The position numbers and the translations under genes are program-made. A DNA stretch of 64,000 nt from Takakia lepidozioides (lineage: Eukaryota > Plantae > Bryophyta): contig CM060731.1 in the NCBI GenBank assembly GCA_030704615.1, positions 60,760,001 through 60,824,000 of the forward strand. Direction: 5' to 3'. Shown piece by piece: positions 13,670 through 26,389 of the stretch (the first letter of the stretch is position 1; each line of letters opens with the position of its first letter). The notes below the pieces were generated by a model. That model was not told the origin of the DNA. It searched no databases and saw only the letters and a program-made list of their open reading frames with translations.

Positions 13670-14380
13670 CTATTCCGTGGAACCCAAACTCTCACTGAAA
13701 TCTCTCACTATGAAGATCAGAAATGCATGGTCGGTATGAGGGACCTCGGATGGCAATGGTGATGAGGAAAGACCATTTACAATAGGAGGAACGGATGATG
13801 CAGATGATGGTGATGATGGGGGTGCCGATGTCGAGGATGACGAATGTGTGTGTGTAGGTGGCAAGCGCCTAGCCCGGTGCCCAAAAATAGAAAAACACGC
13901 ATTGTACCCCGCAACCTCACAAACTGCATCTACGTCATGTTGTGAGAAAGAAATGTTCACATCCGGAACGGGGTGGGGCTCGTAAAAAGGAAGAAACCCG
14001 CATCAGTATGCCTCTTCAACAAAAAAATTGCGAGCTTGGACATCAAGACGGGGCCATGCAAGATGCATGATATGAAATGCATCAATACTCAATTCACAAA
14101 CGCGAGGTTTCATTAGATATAGTACTTTTAATTGAGGAGTACATGAAAAGATATATGGACGACTTACCTTTGCTGCATCAGCAATCTCGTACTTGACGTA
14201 ATGTTTTTGCACAACATGGGGTCGCCGCATCATCGGTGTGGTCCTCCCAACCGGTAGTCGTGCCCAACACCAACTGCACCAACACTCAATCTTGGGGAGG
14301 CGGTCCCGGCGGGGTCTCCCTGGGGCTCCTGCCTCTGGACTCGGCGGCCTACGACCTCGGGGTGGTGGCCGTGGGGGCAA
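13670..14380 (-). pseudogene. Transposon ORF with a CxCxxC...H motif resembling the CACTA transposase-associated Zn-binding domain
   Basis: KIECWCSWCWARLPVGRTTPMMRRPHVVQKHYVKY is followed by a strong phase-0 donor (aag|gtaagt, ~14168). The frame continues past one TGA at 14003 into ORF 13670..13960. Confidence 0.45.
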
Positions 14381-15669
14381 GCTGTGCGGACATGGCGATG
14401 CCGCCTAACTCGTAGACGAGGCGAACGTGCTGTCTCGCCCTCAGCAGGTGGTTGTGGCATAGCCGGCAACGAATCCTCAAGCGTGACACGTCGATAAACA
14501 CACGGCATGACCTAGCGAGAGAGAGGTAGAGTACCGTATTGTAACCCACTGTAACCTCCGGAGGAGTTACACTCCCAACCCTTGGAAAAACTTGAAAAAA
14601 AAAACCCTACAAACGTAAAGCCATATGTCCCCACCCCACAAAAAAATGAAACCCTAAAAACAAAACTATATTGCAACTAATCCTAAACTAAACTATGAAA
14701 CTAAACCCTAAACTAAACTATGTAACCCTTAAAACCCTAAGAGCCAAAGACCCAAAAACCCAAATGATCCTTGCAAAACCCCATAACCCAAAAAACCAAA
14801 AAATAAAAATAAAAATGAGAGGCCTCTTCAACTCACCTCTGCGCCAGATCTGCGATTGTCGTGCGACGTCCCCCTGAGGCAGCGATGCCCGTGTGATTCC
14901 CCAACGTTGCGCGGATCCTCCTCCTGCCAAGGTGGCCGCCCTTCTCTCCCCTTCTCTCTCCCCTTCGCGAAGGTGCCTGATCGCCGCCGAGGTTTTCCGG
15001 TGGGGTCGCCACACTGGCGCGCCGCGGCTGCACCAACCGCCTCTCACTCCCCCTCTCAATCTCTCTATCTGATCTCTCTCTCCCTCACCCTCCTCCTCAC
15101 ACTCTTCCTCCCTCCCCTCCCTCCATCCCTACTTTGTTTTTTTTTGCTCTCGAGCTCTCCCGGGCGCAACTACCCCTGCGCGCCGGAGCGTTTTCCAGCG
15201 GCGGCGACGCAGCACTGACACGCCACGGCGTTCAAACCCGCGCGCACCTTCTCTTTCACTCTCCCTCTTGCCCTAATCCCTCTCCCTCACTCTCTCTCTC
15301 GCTCTCTCACTCCCTCTTCTATCTCTTTTTGTTTTTTTTTGTTGTTTGAGTGAACTGGGAGCGCGCCCCCGTGACCTGTTGGTGGAGCGCCAACCAAACG
15401 CTAGCGCCGCGGGAGGGACCGCCAGCGTGAAGGAGCTGCCGCGTGAGGGAGCTGCCCTCCCTCTCCTTCTCTCTCGCTCATTGTCCCTCTTAGCTCTCAC
15501 TCTCCTTCTCGCCCTTATCTCTCTCCCTCGCTCTCTCTCTCCCTCTTCTCCTTTTTTTTTTTTTTTTTGTTGTTTGAGCGAGGGAGTGCGCCCACGCGAC
15601 CTGGTGGCGGAGCGCCAGCATGAAGGAGCTATTGCGTGAGGCGCCCAACTGCAGGTAAGCAGCCTACGT

Positions 15670-16494
15670 GTCCCTTCCCCTCCATTGCTGAAACCACAGC
15701 CGCCACCGAGTCTGTATCCGGGTCCTCCGGCAAAACCCGGATGGATCCCACCACCTTTGGGGAATGTGTATGATTGGGATTGATGGATCACTAGCTTCCC
15801 ACTCCGGGAGAAAGGGCCCCCGAAGTGATGGATGGGCGCCGCCCCCTAGGAGAGGTGGACCGAAGTTGTTTCGCATGGTTGGTCTACGCCTTCGCCGGCC
15901 TGATGACGGTACCATATGTCATCGTGTGCTAGGGAGCTATTCACGATGGGAGTCCAACCCCATTTCTACCAATGTCTTGTGCCTTGTCCAGTTCCAATTC
16001 CCGAGGGTGAGCCATTTCTTTTTTGGGGTCGCATGTATTGCATGATGGAGGCAATGGACCCTAGTATGGGTCGCGGACTTTTTTTGATGGAGGATGTAGT
16101 TTTGGGGGGAGGATAGGATTCTGTGGATTTGTTCCCCTATTTTGGGCCAAGGTACACCCATCGGGAGTGGCAATTATTGCAGACACACGGCCTTGGGTCC
16201 TTGATCCATCCTTACATCCTTGTTGTGAACGACAATGATGTAAGGGTGAGAAATTTGGGCCGTAATGCCCATATTTATTGTGACGGAAACCCCGATGTGT
16301 ACGGCAACGTGGTTGGGCTCATCAACAGTTCAGTTACCTTACCGCCGGGCCACACCGCCAACGTGTTTTGGGATGAGCGCCATGACGGGGATAATAGATT
16401 GGACCCTAACATCAACACTTTTGTGATGACATGTGCAAGGAGGACCATTAGGGCTGGAGAGGAGTTGTTTGCAGAGTATGACTTTAGGCGTTAG
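15670..16494 (+). pseudogene. SET-domain (lysine methyltransferase-like) reading frame carried by the CACTA element, interrupted by TGA/TAG stops
   Basis: ORFs 15916..16116 and 16123..16494 share one frame, separated by a single TAG. They show the SET motifs MGRGLFL..DV, LFPYFG, DVYGNVVGLINSS and CARRTIRAGEELFAEYDF. The upstream Pro-rich segment is in the same frame, broken only by TGA/TAG stops. Confidence 0.8.
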
Positions 16495-16808
16495 CCGACT
16501 TTCATCATGTGTAGATGGACGTAGGAAGACATTTTGTACATTGAGGTGGCTTCTTCCACCGTGTATATATATACATAGGCATTGATGTGTATTTGGATGC
16601 AGTTTTTCATGCTATATTCAAGGGAGTTTGGGTGGACATTATATGTGAATTTGGGTATTTTGAATTATATAGTGTCTCCTTCGTGTGGTGAAGCAATGTA
16701 TGTATTCCCCTGGTGTGTATAATGTGTACTTTGGGTTTTATCCTGTATGATAATGAACAATGCCATGTATGGAAACTGATAATGACATGGTTGTTTTTGG
16801 CATCTTAG

Positions 16809-19800
16809 GATGCCGGCCACAACCCCACGACGTTAATTCATGAAGTTCATGATCTTGTCATGAACCGGGATTTTGTTCATTCGGAGGGGGGTGCGTATCA
16901 AATGGACCCGACCCCGTCTGATATGGCGGTCTCCGATGATGAGGACAACAATGACAATGGAATTATGCATGAGGATGTGGCAACAATGGAGGACCTCTGA
17001 ATGCATCAGATGGTAGATGAGGACACAAACTCTTTGAATGACATGGAAAAAAAAACCAAAACTCCCTTATATGAAGGGGCCAAAGTGAATAGACTTTCAA
17101 CCATCTTGTTGTTGCTGAATTTGCAAATCCGGTTTGGCATAAGCAATGTGGGTATGTCCGCCATAATGCGGACTATTGCGGATTACATCCTTGCCCCACA
17201 TTTGAAGCCGAGAATGCCACGATCAAGAAAAGAGGCAAGAGCAGCTTTGGGGATGGGCTATAAGATTTTTCATGCATGTCCATGTGATAAAACCCTGTAC
17301 TACGGAGAGGATGCGTAACTCACCAAGTGTCCAAAGTGCAACAAAGACCGATATCGGGATGATGTTTAAGGGAAGAAAGCCCCGCGCAAGGTATATCTGT
17401 GCCACAATACACTTGTATATTGCATTCTACCTTTTTGCAACCGCTACAAGACGTAAGTTTTTACTTAACGATATGAATGACACTGATTATGATATGGGGC
17501 CGACATGGGGATTGTGCCAGAAAATGCACTACTTTCCAATCATCCCGCGACTGCAGACACACTACCGAAGCCCCTCATTGGCGCAACTGATGAGATGGCA
17601 CGCCTCGCATCGGAGCCCCTCGGGAAAGGTGTGCGGGCCACAAGATTCACAAGCATGGAGGCATATTGAAGAGATGTGGCCTTTTCTCTTGGAGGACCCA
17701 TGACATGTCCGCCTCGGCTTCTCTTCGGATGGGGTCAATCCATACTCTGTCCAGTCATATAGTCATTCCACTTGGCCGGTGACCATGGTGAATTACAACA
17801 TCTCTCCGTATCTTTCAATAAAAAAAGGCCATTTCATGTTGGCTGCCATTGTATCGGGTGAGTGTTCCCATTTCATGCTTATTATTTTTTTGGATTTTAC
17901 ATTAATCTTCTTCTCTTTGGCGCAATTCCGATGGAAGATTGATGAGTGACATAATCATGTAATAAGATGTGTCATTCATTATGAAGTATAATTAGCATGG
18001 TGGAGCATTGAAACAATTAATGGTGTGAATGTCTCATAGGGAAAAAACAAGTGAAAGACATGGACACGTACTTGCGACCTCTAGTTGATGAACTGAAGGA
18101 GCTATGGAGGGGGGTCCCGGCATTGGATGCTTCACTTGACCCTATGGCCGGTCAATCTTTTCAGATGAGAGACATCTTGCTTTGGACATAGCATGATTAT
18201 CTAGGTATATTATGTTCCCCATGAGAAACCCGCGTACATTTACTTGTCACGGGATATTGATGAGGATTGGGATTGATTGAAGTAGCGGCGACAGTCTTCT
18301 GCATCGTAGTGGGGTAGATACACATGGAAACTTTTTGTCTTTCCTAATGTGGCGGAATGTCTACATGACTTACTGTTTGCTCGGGGTTGAGCACTAAATG
18401 GTACCACGCATGCCTACATTGTGGCGATGAACTTGATGCACAAAGCTCCAGCAATCTTCGCAAGATGGTGTATCCCAACTACCGCAAGTTTCTTCCTATG
18501 AGCCATCATTGGAGAAGAAGAGACAAACACTTGTTTGATGGCAAAGTGGAGTTACGTCCCCCACCTGTGACACCATCCGGGCACATTTGGGAAGACCGAT
18601 GGAAGGAGGCCCATCCGGAGGGGTTCGGTGAAGTGGAGGTGCCCGACATGAAGCGGCTTTCAATCTTCTATGAGTTGCCATATTGGGCGGTACATATTCC
18701 ACAAAAACACCATCAATATTGCTATGCATGCATATGATATTGCATGTTTTGTATGATTTCCATTGTCACTTTCACGACAAAATAGACGGGTAAGAATTTG
18801 TGGGTGAGGATATGTGTAGGACCTGAAAATTCGTCATCTTCTAGATCCCATGCATATTGAGAAGAATGTTTGCTCGTCCCTTTTTCGTGTTCTTCATGGC
18901 ACGCCGGCAAAGAAGGGAGTGGCTGCGAAAGGAGATTCTCTCGGTGTTAAATAGGAACTTGAAGAGAAGGGTCGCATGCCCCATCTATGGGCCGAAGAAA
19001 ATGGTGTGGACCCAAAGGGTGTTGTACGGTGGAAATATAGGCGCGCACCTTGGCAATGGACAAATGAGGAATACAAGAAAGTGATAGCTACCATAGGAGC
19101 TGTCCGAACACCAACTGGTTATGGGTCATCCCTCCGTATGAAGTTCAACGAAGACGGGGTCTATGGTTTGAAGTCTCATGACTACCACAATCTATTGCAA
19201 GACATCTTGCCCATTGCAGTACGTGGGACATTGACTCCCTAGGTTCGCGAGACAGTCTATAGATTGGGAGCATTGTTCCGGTGGATTTGCTACAAAGAGC
19301 TGGAGGAAACGGACTTTCCACGCATGAAGAAGGAGGCGGCGGTGGTCATGTGTATGCTGGAGATGCACCTTCCTCCCTCCTTCTTTGACATCCAAGTGCA
19401 CTTGGTAGTGCACTTAGTGGAAGAGGCTTCAATTGCCGGCCCCGTTCATTCTCGGTGGATGTACTACCTTGAGCGATACATGAAGACTTTGAAAGCACAT
19501 GTAAGACAAATGGCACACCTGGAGGGTAGCATGGTGGAGGGGTATACATTGCAAGAGACTATGTTCTACTACATGGAGTACTTGGCAAGGGTGGATAAGG
19601 AAGCCCCTCCGATGTGGAAGGAAGATGAGGATGTACAAACCAAAGACATCGTTTTGCCCAATAATTCAAAGAGGGTAAAATTACCCATCATGGTGATTAA
19701 CCAAGCGCATGAGTTCATACTGAAGAACACCCCATCCATACATAAGTGGGAGGCAAGATACAATAACCTTGTTCAGCAACGACATGAGGAGACGGTTGCG

Positions 19801-20781
19801 TGGAGGCGAAACCATGCAAGGGCGACTACACGCGCTCCGCGAGCAAGGGGCCGACGTAGGAATGTGCCTTCACAAGAATTGCCCATGGAATTGCAGCCTC
19901 TAAGTTCATTCCGCCATTGGCTTCAGACTGAAGTAGATGATAGCATTGCGAAAGGTGAGGTAGTTTCAGATTTGGTGCAAGACATTGCAAGGGGCCCCTC
20001 TCAATTTGCGACCTCATACACGACGGTTTGGGTTCATGGTCGTCATTTCCACATTCGTGCTCTTGACATGAAGCGCAAAACAACGTTTGATTCTGGCTTG
20101 TGTGCCTCATATTGGCAAGACTCCGTGTGGGGCAGGGGAGATACACGACCTACCATGAGCACACTCAACTACTTTGGAGAGCTTGAGAGCATACTCTAAC
20201 TTCAGTATACAAGGCACCAGCCTCTTATTTTCAAGGCAAGGTGGTTCCAGCCACATCTTGTGGGGCCATCCGCAACAATAGTGGAAGACGAGTGTGGTTT
20301 CATGCGCGTCAATACAGATAGACTTGAGTTTACTCATCGTCCCTCCGATGAGCCTTTTTCATGGCCTTCAGACATGGAGCAAGTTTTTTTCTCCGGATTA
20401 GGAAATTGGAAGGTGGTTGTGCATGCTCAGCCAAGAGGAAGACGTATTTATCATGGTCGGGGATCTACATGGGGCGAGGCAGATGCGGAGGAGGAAGAGA
20501 CTGGTCATGATGACGTTGATGTTGGCCGAGGTTGGATAGAGGGGGTACAAGAGAATGATGATGTCCCGGACAATGTATCCCGGACCCTATACAATGAGGC
20601 TCCATTAGATGCGGATGTTGGAGAAGAAGATGAAGACATGGTCATTGAAACCAAGGTGGAAGATGATTCAGATGTGCCTTTTGGTGACCAGGCCATTTAT
20701 GACAATGACTCTGATGAGCAAGAAGACTTGCAGCTTGATGAGGACGAAGAAGCTCCGGATGATGATGTTCAAGTTGATTAG
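16809..20781 (+). pseudogene. tnpD: CACTA transposase TnpD (Transposase_21 + DUF4218 + DUF4216), spliced and decayed
   Basis: Hallmark motifs: TPLYEG, IFHACPC, YFPIIPRLQ..MRWH, EDP*HVRLGFSSDGVNP, LKIRHLLDPMHIEKNV, GLKSHDYH, PPSFFDIQVHLVVHL..GPVHSRWMYYLERYMKTLK, DEPF..P..MEQVFF. Approximate exons: 16809-17390, 17521-17857, 18040-18204, ~18385-18689, 18820-20781. Several in-frame stops and frameshifts. Confidence 0.93.
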
Positions 20782-22779
20782 ACACATAATCAAAGCTACA
20801 TAATAATTCTCGCACAGAATTATACCCATCCCTTCGATTGATTGTACGTGTACATGCATGGAGCTTATTTCTATGATTGATTAATGAAAAATCCATGAAA
20901 AAAATCCTTTGTAGGTGTGGCGATCTAGGAATGATTCTAGTGAAGTTGTGACTCGAAAAAATGACTCTAGGATTGTTGAGTTTTTGTATGAGGGCAAGAA
21001 TGTTGGAAGAAATGGTTCTTGCTCTACAAGTGCTGACCAAGACTTACCCCTGGAAACCCTTCAATCGATTTGGTTACCATGATCTCGATGCAACAAAAAG
21101 AATCTTCGAAATTGGTGTGAAAGACAACAATGTTGCTAAAGCCATTGCCAAAGCAATCTACCCTCAAACCTCTAATCCCATGGCCCTTCCCTTTTCCTTT
21201 CCTAGTGTCCCCACCCCCTCTTCCTACCCTTTGTCTTTAACAATAAGGCCGCCCGGGTTGATTATGGTCTCCCACATGTAAGATAGACCTGTTACATTGT
21301 AGCACAGAAAGAGCACTAAAAAGATTTGCAACAATGGATCCATTCAGCTTGGCCTTTGCCATGACCTTTGCAAAGACACAGAAAAGGCGATATTGCGATT
21401 CCCCGCCGTCGCAGACTTGTTGGGGCATCACAATGCCGTCGCAAGGCGACCCCTGGAGGTCGCAACCCCCTGTATTTACAAGATCTATGATTGCGGATTT
21501 GTCCTACGTGATGATTTCTGTTTTAGCTCTATTTTGTTTTGTGAATGCAAACCCCAGACCATTACATCCACGGAAAAAATTGGACCAACCAAAAACAAAA
21601 AAAAACAAAACAAAGAGTTTCCTTCACTCACTATTGCGGAACTCTGTATGGAGAGTGCATGAAGTTGAAAAGAACTCAACTTGGGAGTGCAAATGAGGGA
21701 AGAAAATATGGTTTTCAGTCCAAATGATTTTTGTTCACTCCCAAAATTTGCACACGCATTGCAAACGCTGTCATTAAGCATATGGCTTGAGGACAGAATA
21801 AAACAAAATCATGTGCATGTGCAAAAAATCATCATCCCACCTGAGGGGATGAGGAGGAGGATGTGGCAGCGGCCGTCAACTTTGCTGGGATCGGCACCAA
21901 TGGTGGTAGAAAGAACTCTGGCCCTGTTATACAGCAAGAGAGAAGGAGCACTATAAAGATTGGAAGAAGGGGATCAATTGACCTGACCTCTGCCATGACC
22001 TTTGCAAAGAGACACTAAATAGGGCCTCTCTGCGACTCCCGGACGTCGCATGCCCGTCGCATTACCGCTGGCGGGCGACTTCTAGCAGTCGTAACCCCCG
22101 CGAGGTGGCGTGCCCTCGCCATGTGGTGGCCAAGGGGGAAATGACATCCTTGCGACTTCCCAACGTCACGGCCCTGCAGGAGCGTCGCCCCAGCAGGCAT
22201 GCGACTGCAGGGAATCGCAACCTCGCCATTGTGGCATTTTGGAGACGTCTGGACGTCGCAAACCCTAGCACGACCTGACTCGGCCCTCCCCACGCGCCTA
22301 AGTGTGAGGGGGTGTTATTCCAATTCTCGGCAGTCGCTGTAGTTGCAGGAGGGTCGTCGCGTCCGGCGGTCTCGGCGTCGCTAACCCCCCCTAAACGTAG
22401 TAGTGTAACTAAACTCATACACCACAATGTGGAAAGTATAAAATTCCAATGAAAGTATAGTCAAACTTTTTACTACTTACTTATCCATAAATAATAAATA
22501 TGTTGCAGATACACATGTCATGCTTTAAATGGTTGTGTCAGTAAGTTGATTTAGGTAGTCAAAGTCTCTCGCAATTATGGCACTGAAATAGTGAAATTAT
22601 TTCACCATCTTGTACTATGTCGAATATTTTAATATTGATTTTTTACTATGGAATGGTTGGAAGAGTAAAAAATGATAACAGTAAAAAAAATCGTCAAACT
22701 GACAGGTTGAAAATCCTAGGTGTGTTGTAATGTACAATGGTATGGACACTTGTCTATTTTTCAAATCTATCACAGGTGC

Positions 22780-23376
22780 ACAAACCACTTAAAGTTTTTC
22801 AAGTATCACCACAGAAGTGGTACCAATCACTATTGTGTAAGCAACCACTCATGCGCGACCACTAGAATTGTGGTTCCAATTACTGCAGTGTCTTTCACCA
22901 CCCACTCTCCACCACTGTCAAAGTGGTACAAATCAATGAGGTGTCTTTAACCACTCAAGATCAACGTGCACTGTCCCCGTCCACGTGGAATATTATATTT
23001 ATTAATTAAAATAGATTTTCAAATCATAAATCATAAATAAAATTTGAATTATTACACGTGGAGTAACAAGTGGTTTCGACCACTTCCAATCACTGAGGTG
23101 TCTATAACCACTCACAATCTACCACTGCACTCGTCCACGTGGAATATAATATTTATTAACTAAAATATATTACCAAATAAAAAATAAAAAATAAAAACAA
23201 ATTATTACACGTGGACTACTGAGTAGTTGAAACCACTTCCAACCACTCTTTGTGATGCCACCGTGGCATTTCATCGGGATTAACCACTGGTAAGTGGTTA
23301 CTAGTGATTTTATAGAGTGGGAAAAGACAAATAGTGGTTAAAGAGCCAGTGGTTATTCTGCGTTTTTCTTCTAGTG
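22780..23376. mobile_element. Remnant terminus of another, probably CACTA-type, element with ACCACT subterminal motifs
   Basis: Ends in ttttcttctagtg (reverse complement of CACTAG) at 23376. Many accact/agtggt motifs and a ~155-bp imperfect tandem duplication (~22940/~23095). No matching other end was found. Confidence 0.4.
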
Positions 23377-23714
23377 ACTGCCATCTTTTCCCAATTCTTC
23401 ATTGCAAACAGGGCTTGCCCCCACCAAGTATCCCTAAAGGAAGAATCAACAACATACCTTGCATGGAGTAGCCAGAGTGAAGCACTGCAGATATTTGCCC
23501 ACTATCCACATGTCAATCAGTAGCATACACGGTTTCATGTCCTCTCAATTCTCCCACATCCACTTTGTCCAATGGGACCTTTGGGCCCCATGTGGCTGTC
23601 AAACTTTCTTTCTATCTATTTTAGACGATCCCTTGAGCTTTAGTTACTTTCGGGCTGTTTCTTGTTTCTTTCTTCCTCTTGTCCCATAAACTCTCTTTGA
23701 GCTTCACGGATTGT

Positions 23715-25230
23715 TGGCCACTAGGGTAGGATTCAAAATGACACACCGTACAATTCCAGCTTTGCTGATGTCACCATGGACCTTTGTGCTCATTTATAGG
23801 GCTGCCACACTGACACACGCAGTTATCAGGCTCGACCCTGCACATTTTAGGCTATTCCAATTGGTTGTCCACCAGGGCAATGTTCAAAATGTCATCTAGT
23901 ACAAATCCAGCTTTTGACGATCTCACCATGGACCACTTTGCCCATTTCTAGGGCTGCCAAGCTCGTACACACGTTGCTGGCCCCTAAGACAATGTCTAGA
24001 ATGACAAATAGTACAATTTCAGCTTTGAACATGTCACTGTGGACCGCTTTGCCTATTTTCAGGGCTGCCAAGCCTGCACACGCATTGTTGGCCACTAGGG
24101 TATGGTTCAGAATGACATACCGTACAATTCCAGCTTTGACGATGTCACCATGGACCTTTGCGCTCGTTTCTAGGGCTGCCGCACTCCCACAAGCATTGGC
24201 CCTCTGCGCTCCTTTCCAGGGTTGCCACACTTGCCACACTCGCATACATATTGGTTGTCCATTAGGGAAGCGTTTAGACTGTCATCTGGTACAATTTCAG
24301 CTTTGACAATGTCACTATGGACCACTTTGCCCATTTCTAGGGCTGCCAGGCTCGCATACACATTGCTGGCCCCTAAGACAATAGTCAGAATGACAAATAG
24401 TACAATTTCAGTTTTGAACATGTCACCGTGGACCGCTTTGCCTATTTTCAGGGCTGCCAAGCCTGTGCACGCATTGTTGGCCACTAGGGTAGGGGTCAGA
24501 ATGACATACCTTACAATTCCAGCTTTGACGATGTCACCATGAACCTTTTGCGCTCGTTTCCAGGGCTGCCGCACTCCCACAAGCATTGGCTATCCACCAG
24601 GGCAGTGTTCAGAATGTCATTTGGTATAATTCCAACTTTGACGATGTCACCATGGACCTCTGCGCTCGTTTACAGGGTTGCCGCACTCTCACAAGCATTG
24701 GCTGTCCACCAAGGTAGTGTTCAAAAATCATCTAGTATAAATCCAGCTTTGATGATGTCACCATGGACCACTTTGCCCATTTCTAGGGCTGCCAGGCTCG
24801 CACACGCATTGCTAAGACAATGTTCAGAATGACAAATAGTACAATTTCAGCTTTGAACATGTTACTGTGGACCGCTTTGCCTATTTTCAGGGCTGCCAAG
24901 CCTGCACACGCATTGTTGGCCACTAGGGTAGGGTTCAAAATGACATACCTTACAATTCGAGCTTTGACGATGTCACCATGGACCGTTGTGCTCATTTCCA
25001 GGGCTACCACACTCCCACAAGCATTGGCTATCCACCAGGGCAACGTTCAAAATGTCATTTGGTATAATTCCAGCTTTGACGATGTCACAATGGACCTCTG
25101 CGCTCTTTTCCAGGGTTGCCACACTCGCATACGTATTGGTTGTCCACTAGGGCAGTGTTCAGACTATCATCTAGCACAATTCCAGCTTTGACAATGTCAC
25201 CATGCACCACTTTGCCCATTTCCAGGGCTG
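23715..25230 (-). repeat. Tandem array (~13 units, ~111 bp) derived from PLS-PPR L/S motifs; pseudogenic
   Basis: Units translate NACAGLAALKIGKAVHGDIVKAGIVxxVILNxTLVAN. Anchors (tacaatt/tataa) at ~23749, 23899, 24011, 24122, 24289, 24400, 24511, 24624, 24736, 24839, 24950, 25062 and 25176. Frameshifts occur between some units. Confidence 0.85.
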
Positions 25231-25289
25231 ATGACAATTTTTAACAAAGCTTTGCTTGTTAATATCATGTTACTGCTGCTCTCTATAAT

Positions 25290-25660
25290 CTAACATGCAT
25301 TCACTTTTTTTACTTCATTATCCCACCCATTGACTGGTGTCTGAAAAACATTCCTTCTAAAGTTTCTCCTCATCTTTATTATTTGTTTTTGGATACTTTC
25401 CTTTGCCATGTAGTAATTACATGTCTCCAAACCACCATAGATCGACAAAACCAGCTAATTTGCAGACTTCAACGTGGAAAACTAGGGACGACTCGATAAG
25501 AAGGAAAACATGAGTTGAAGAGGAAGGTGCCCTTATCACATTGTCCTTGGCCTTGTGACACAAAAACAACTAGCTTTTCTTTCACCCTTGGAGGATTTAA
25601 TTGACCATCAACCCGAAAGGACCCGTTATGTGTGATGCTCGTGTCTGTAGTGAGCTAAGG
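25290..25660 (-). pseudogene. Decayed OSB-PDF/PPR paralogue 5' exon
   Basis: The minus strand encodes KYPKTNNKDEEKL*KECFSDTSQW, then a frameshifted WDN and an aagtgaatgc donor context. Lies directly upstream of the PPR-derived array. Confidence 0.65.
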
Positions 25661-26389
25661 AAGAACCCACCATTTGCAGGATGGGGTGAATGCAACGTTT
25701 GACTGGACCAACATAGACGTTCCCAGCACAGTTTTAGATGACTGCAATTGATGGTGTCATCAATTGCATATATATATGTCATTGGATTCCTAGCTTCAAT
25801 ACGCACCCATAGCAACTCTCCAATCATGAATCCGATAAGAAATGACTCCGCTATGGACTTTTGAACACCGTCATTGTGGACTGTTACCACAATGAATGGA
25901 ATTACAATGGACTCAAGTTCTCCTATGTGCCATTGGTGAATTCCATTGAAATTTGGACATAAGGTGGCCATTTTGGTCCACATCATAGGTATGGATTTGA
26001 AGTGGCAAAATCATTTATCATTTGACTCATATGGACTAATATATGTAAAAAATAGGCGTTTTTTGAAAAGTCCGTAGCTCATATTGTTTTTTGGATTTTG
26101 GGTGTTTTTTTTTTTTTCTAGAAGTATAAAAACCTATAATCTTCAATGGCTAGGTGTCATATTGAATTTTTTTTTGTAAACACTAATTTTTAGTTTTTCA
26201 TAATTTCTCTAAATAATATACTAAAATATTTAATGAATTATATATATAATATTTGGGGTAGGACTCTTTACTAAATATGTTTAGTATACCATTATCTATC
26301 ACTAAGAAAATATTTTGGGATAGTATCCTCAATTTGTTTTTTTGGTCATGGACTTTCATGGAGCAGGATCTGCCGTTTTTGGTCTACTC

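Larger units (their letters stand above)
4276..22405. mobile_element. Full-length CACTA (En/Spm) DNA transposon, 18,130 bp
   Basis: Left end CACTACTACGTTTGGGGG at 4276; right end CCCCCCTAAACGTAGTAGTG ending at 22405. Identical 3-bp TSD TAA at 4273-4275 and 22406-22408. Dense gcgacg/cgtcgc subterminal motifs at ~4300-5030 and ~22030-22385. Internal tnpD and tnpA-like coding remnants. Confidence 0.95.

Noticed and set aside
15670-20200. In-frame stops repaired by U-to-C RNA editing
   Set aside because: Such editing is organellar. This is nuclear TE sequence that also has frameshifts, so mutational decay is the simpler explanation.
23715-25230. CRISPR-like or prokaryotic repeat array
   Set aside because: The units are contiguous, degenerate and PPR-derived, with no unique spacers. 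The context is eukaryotic.
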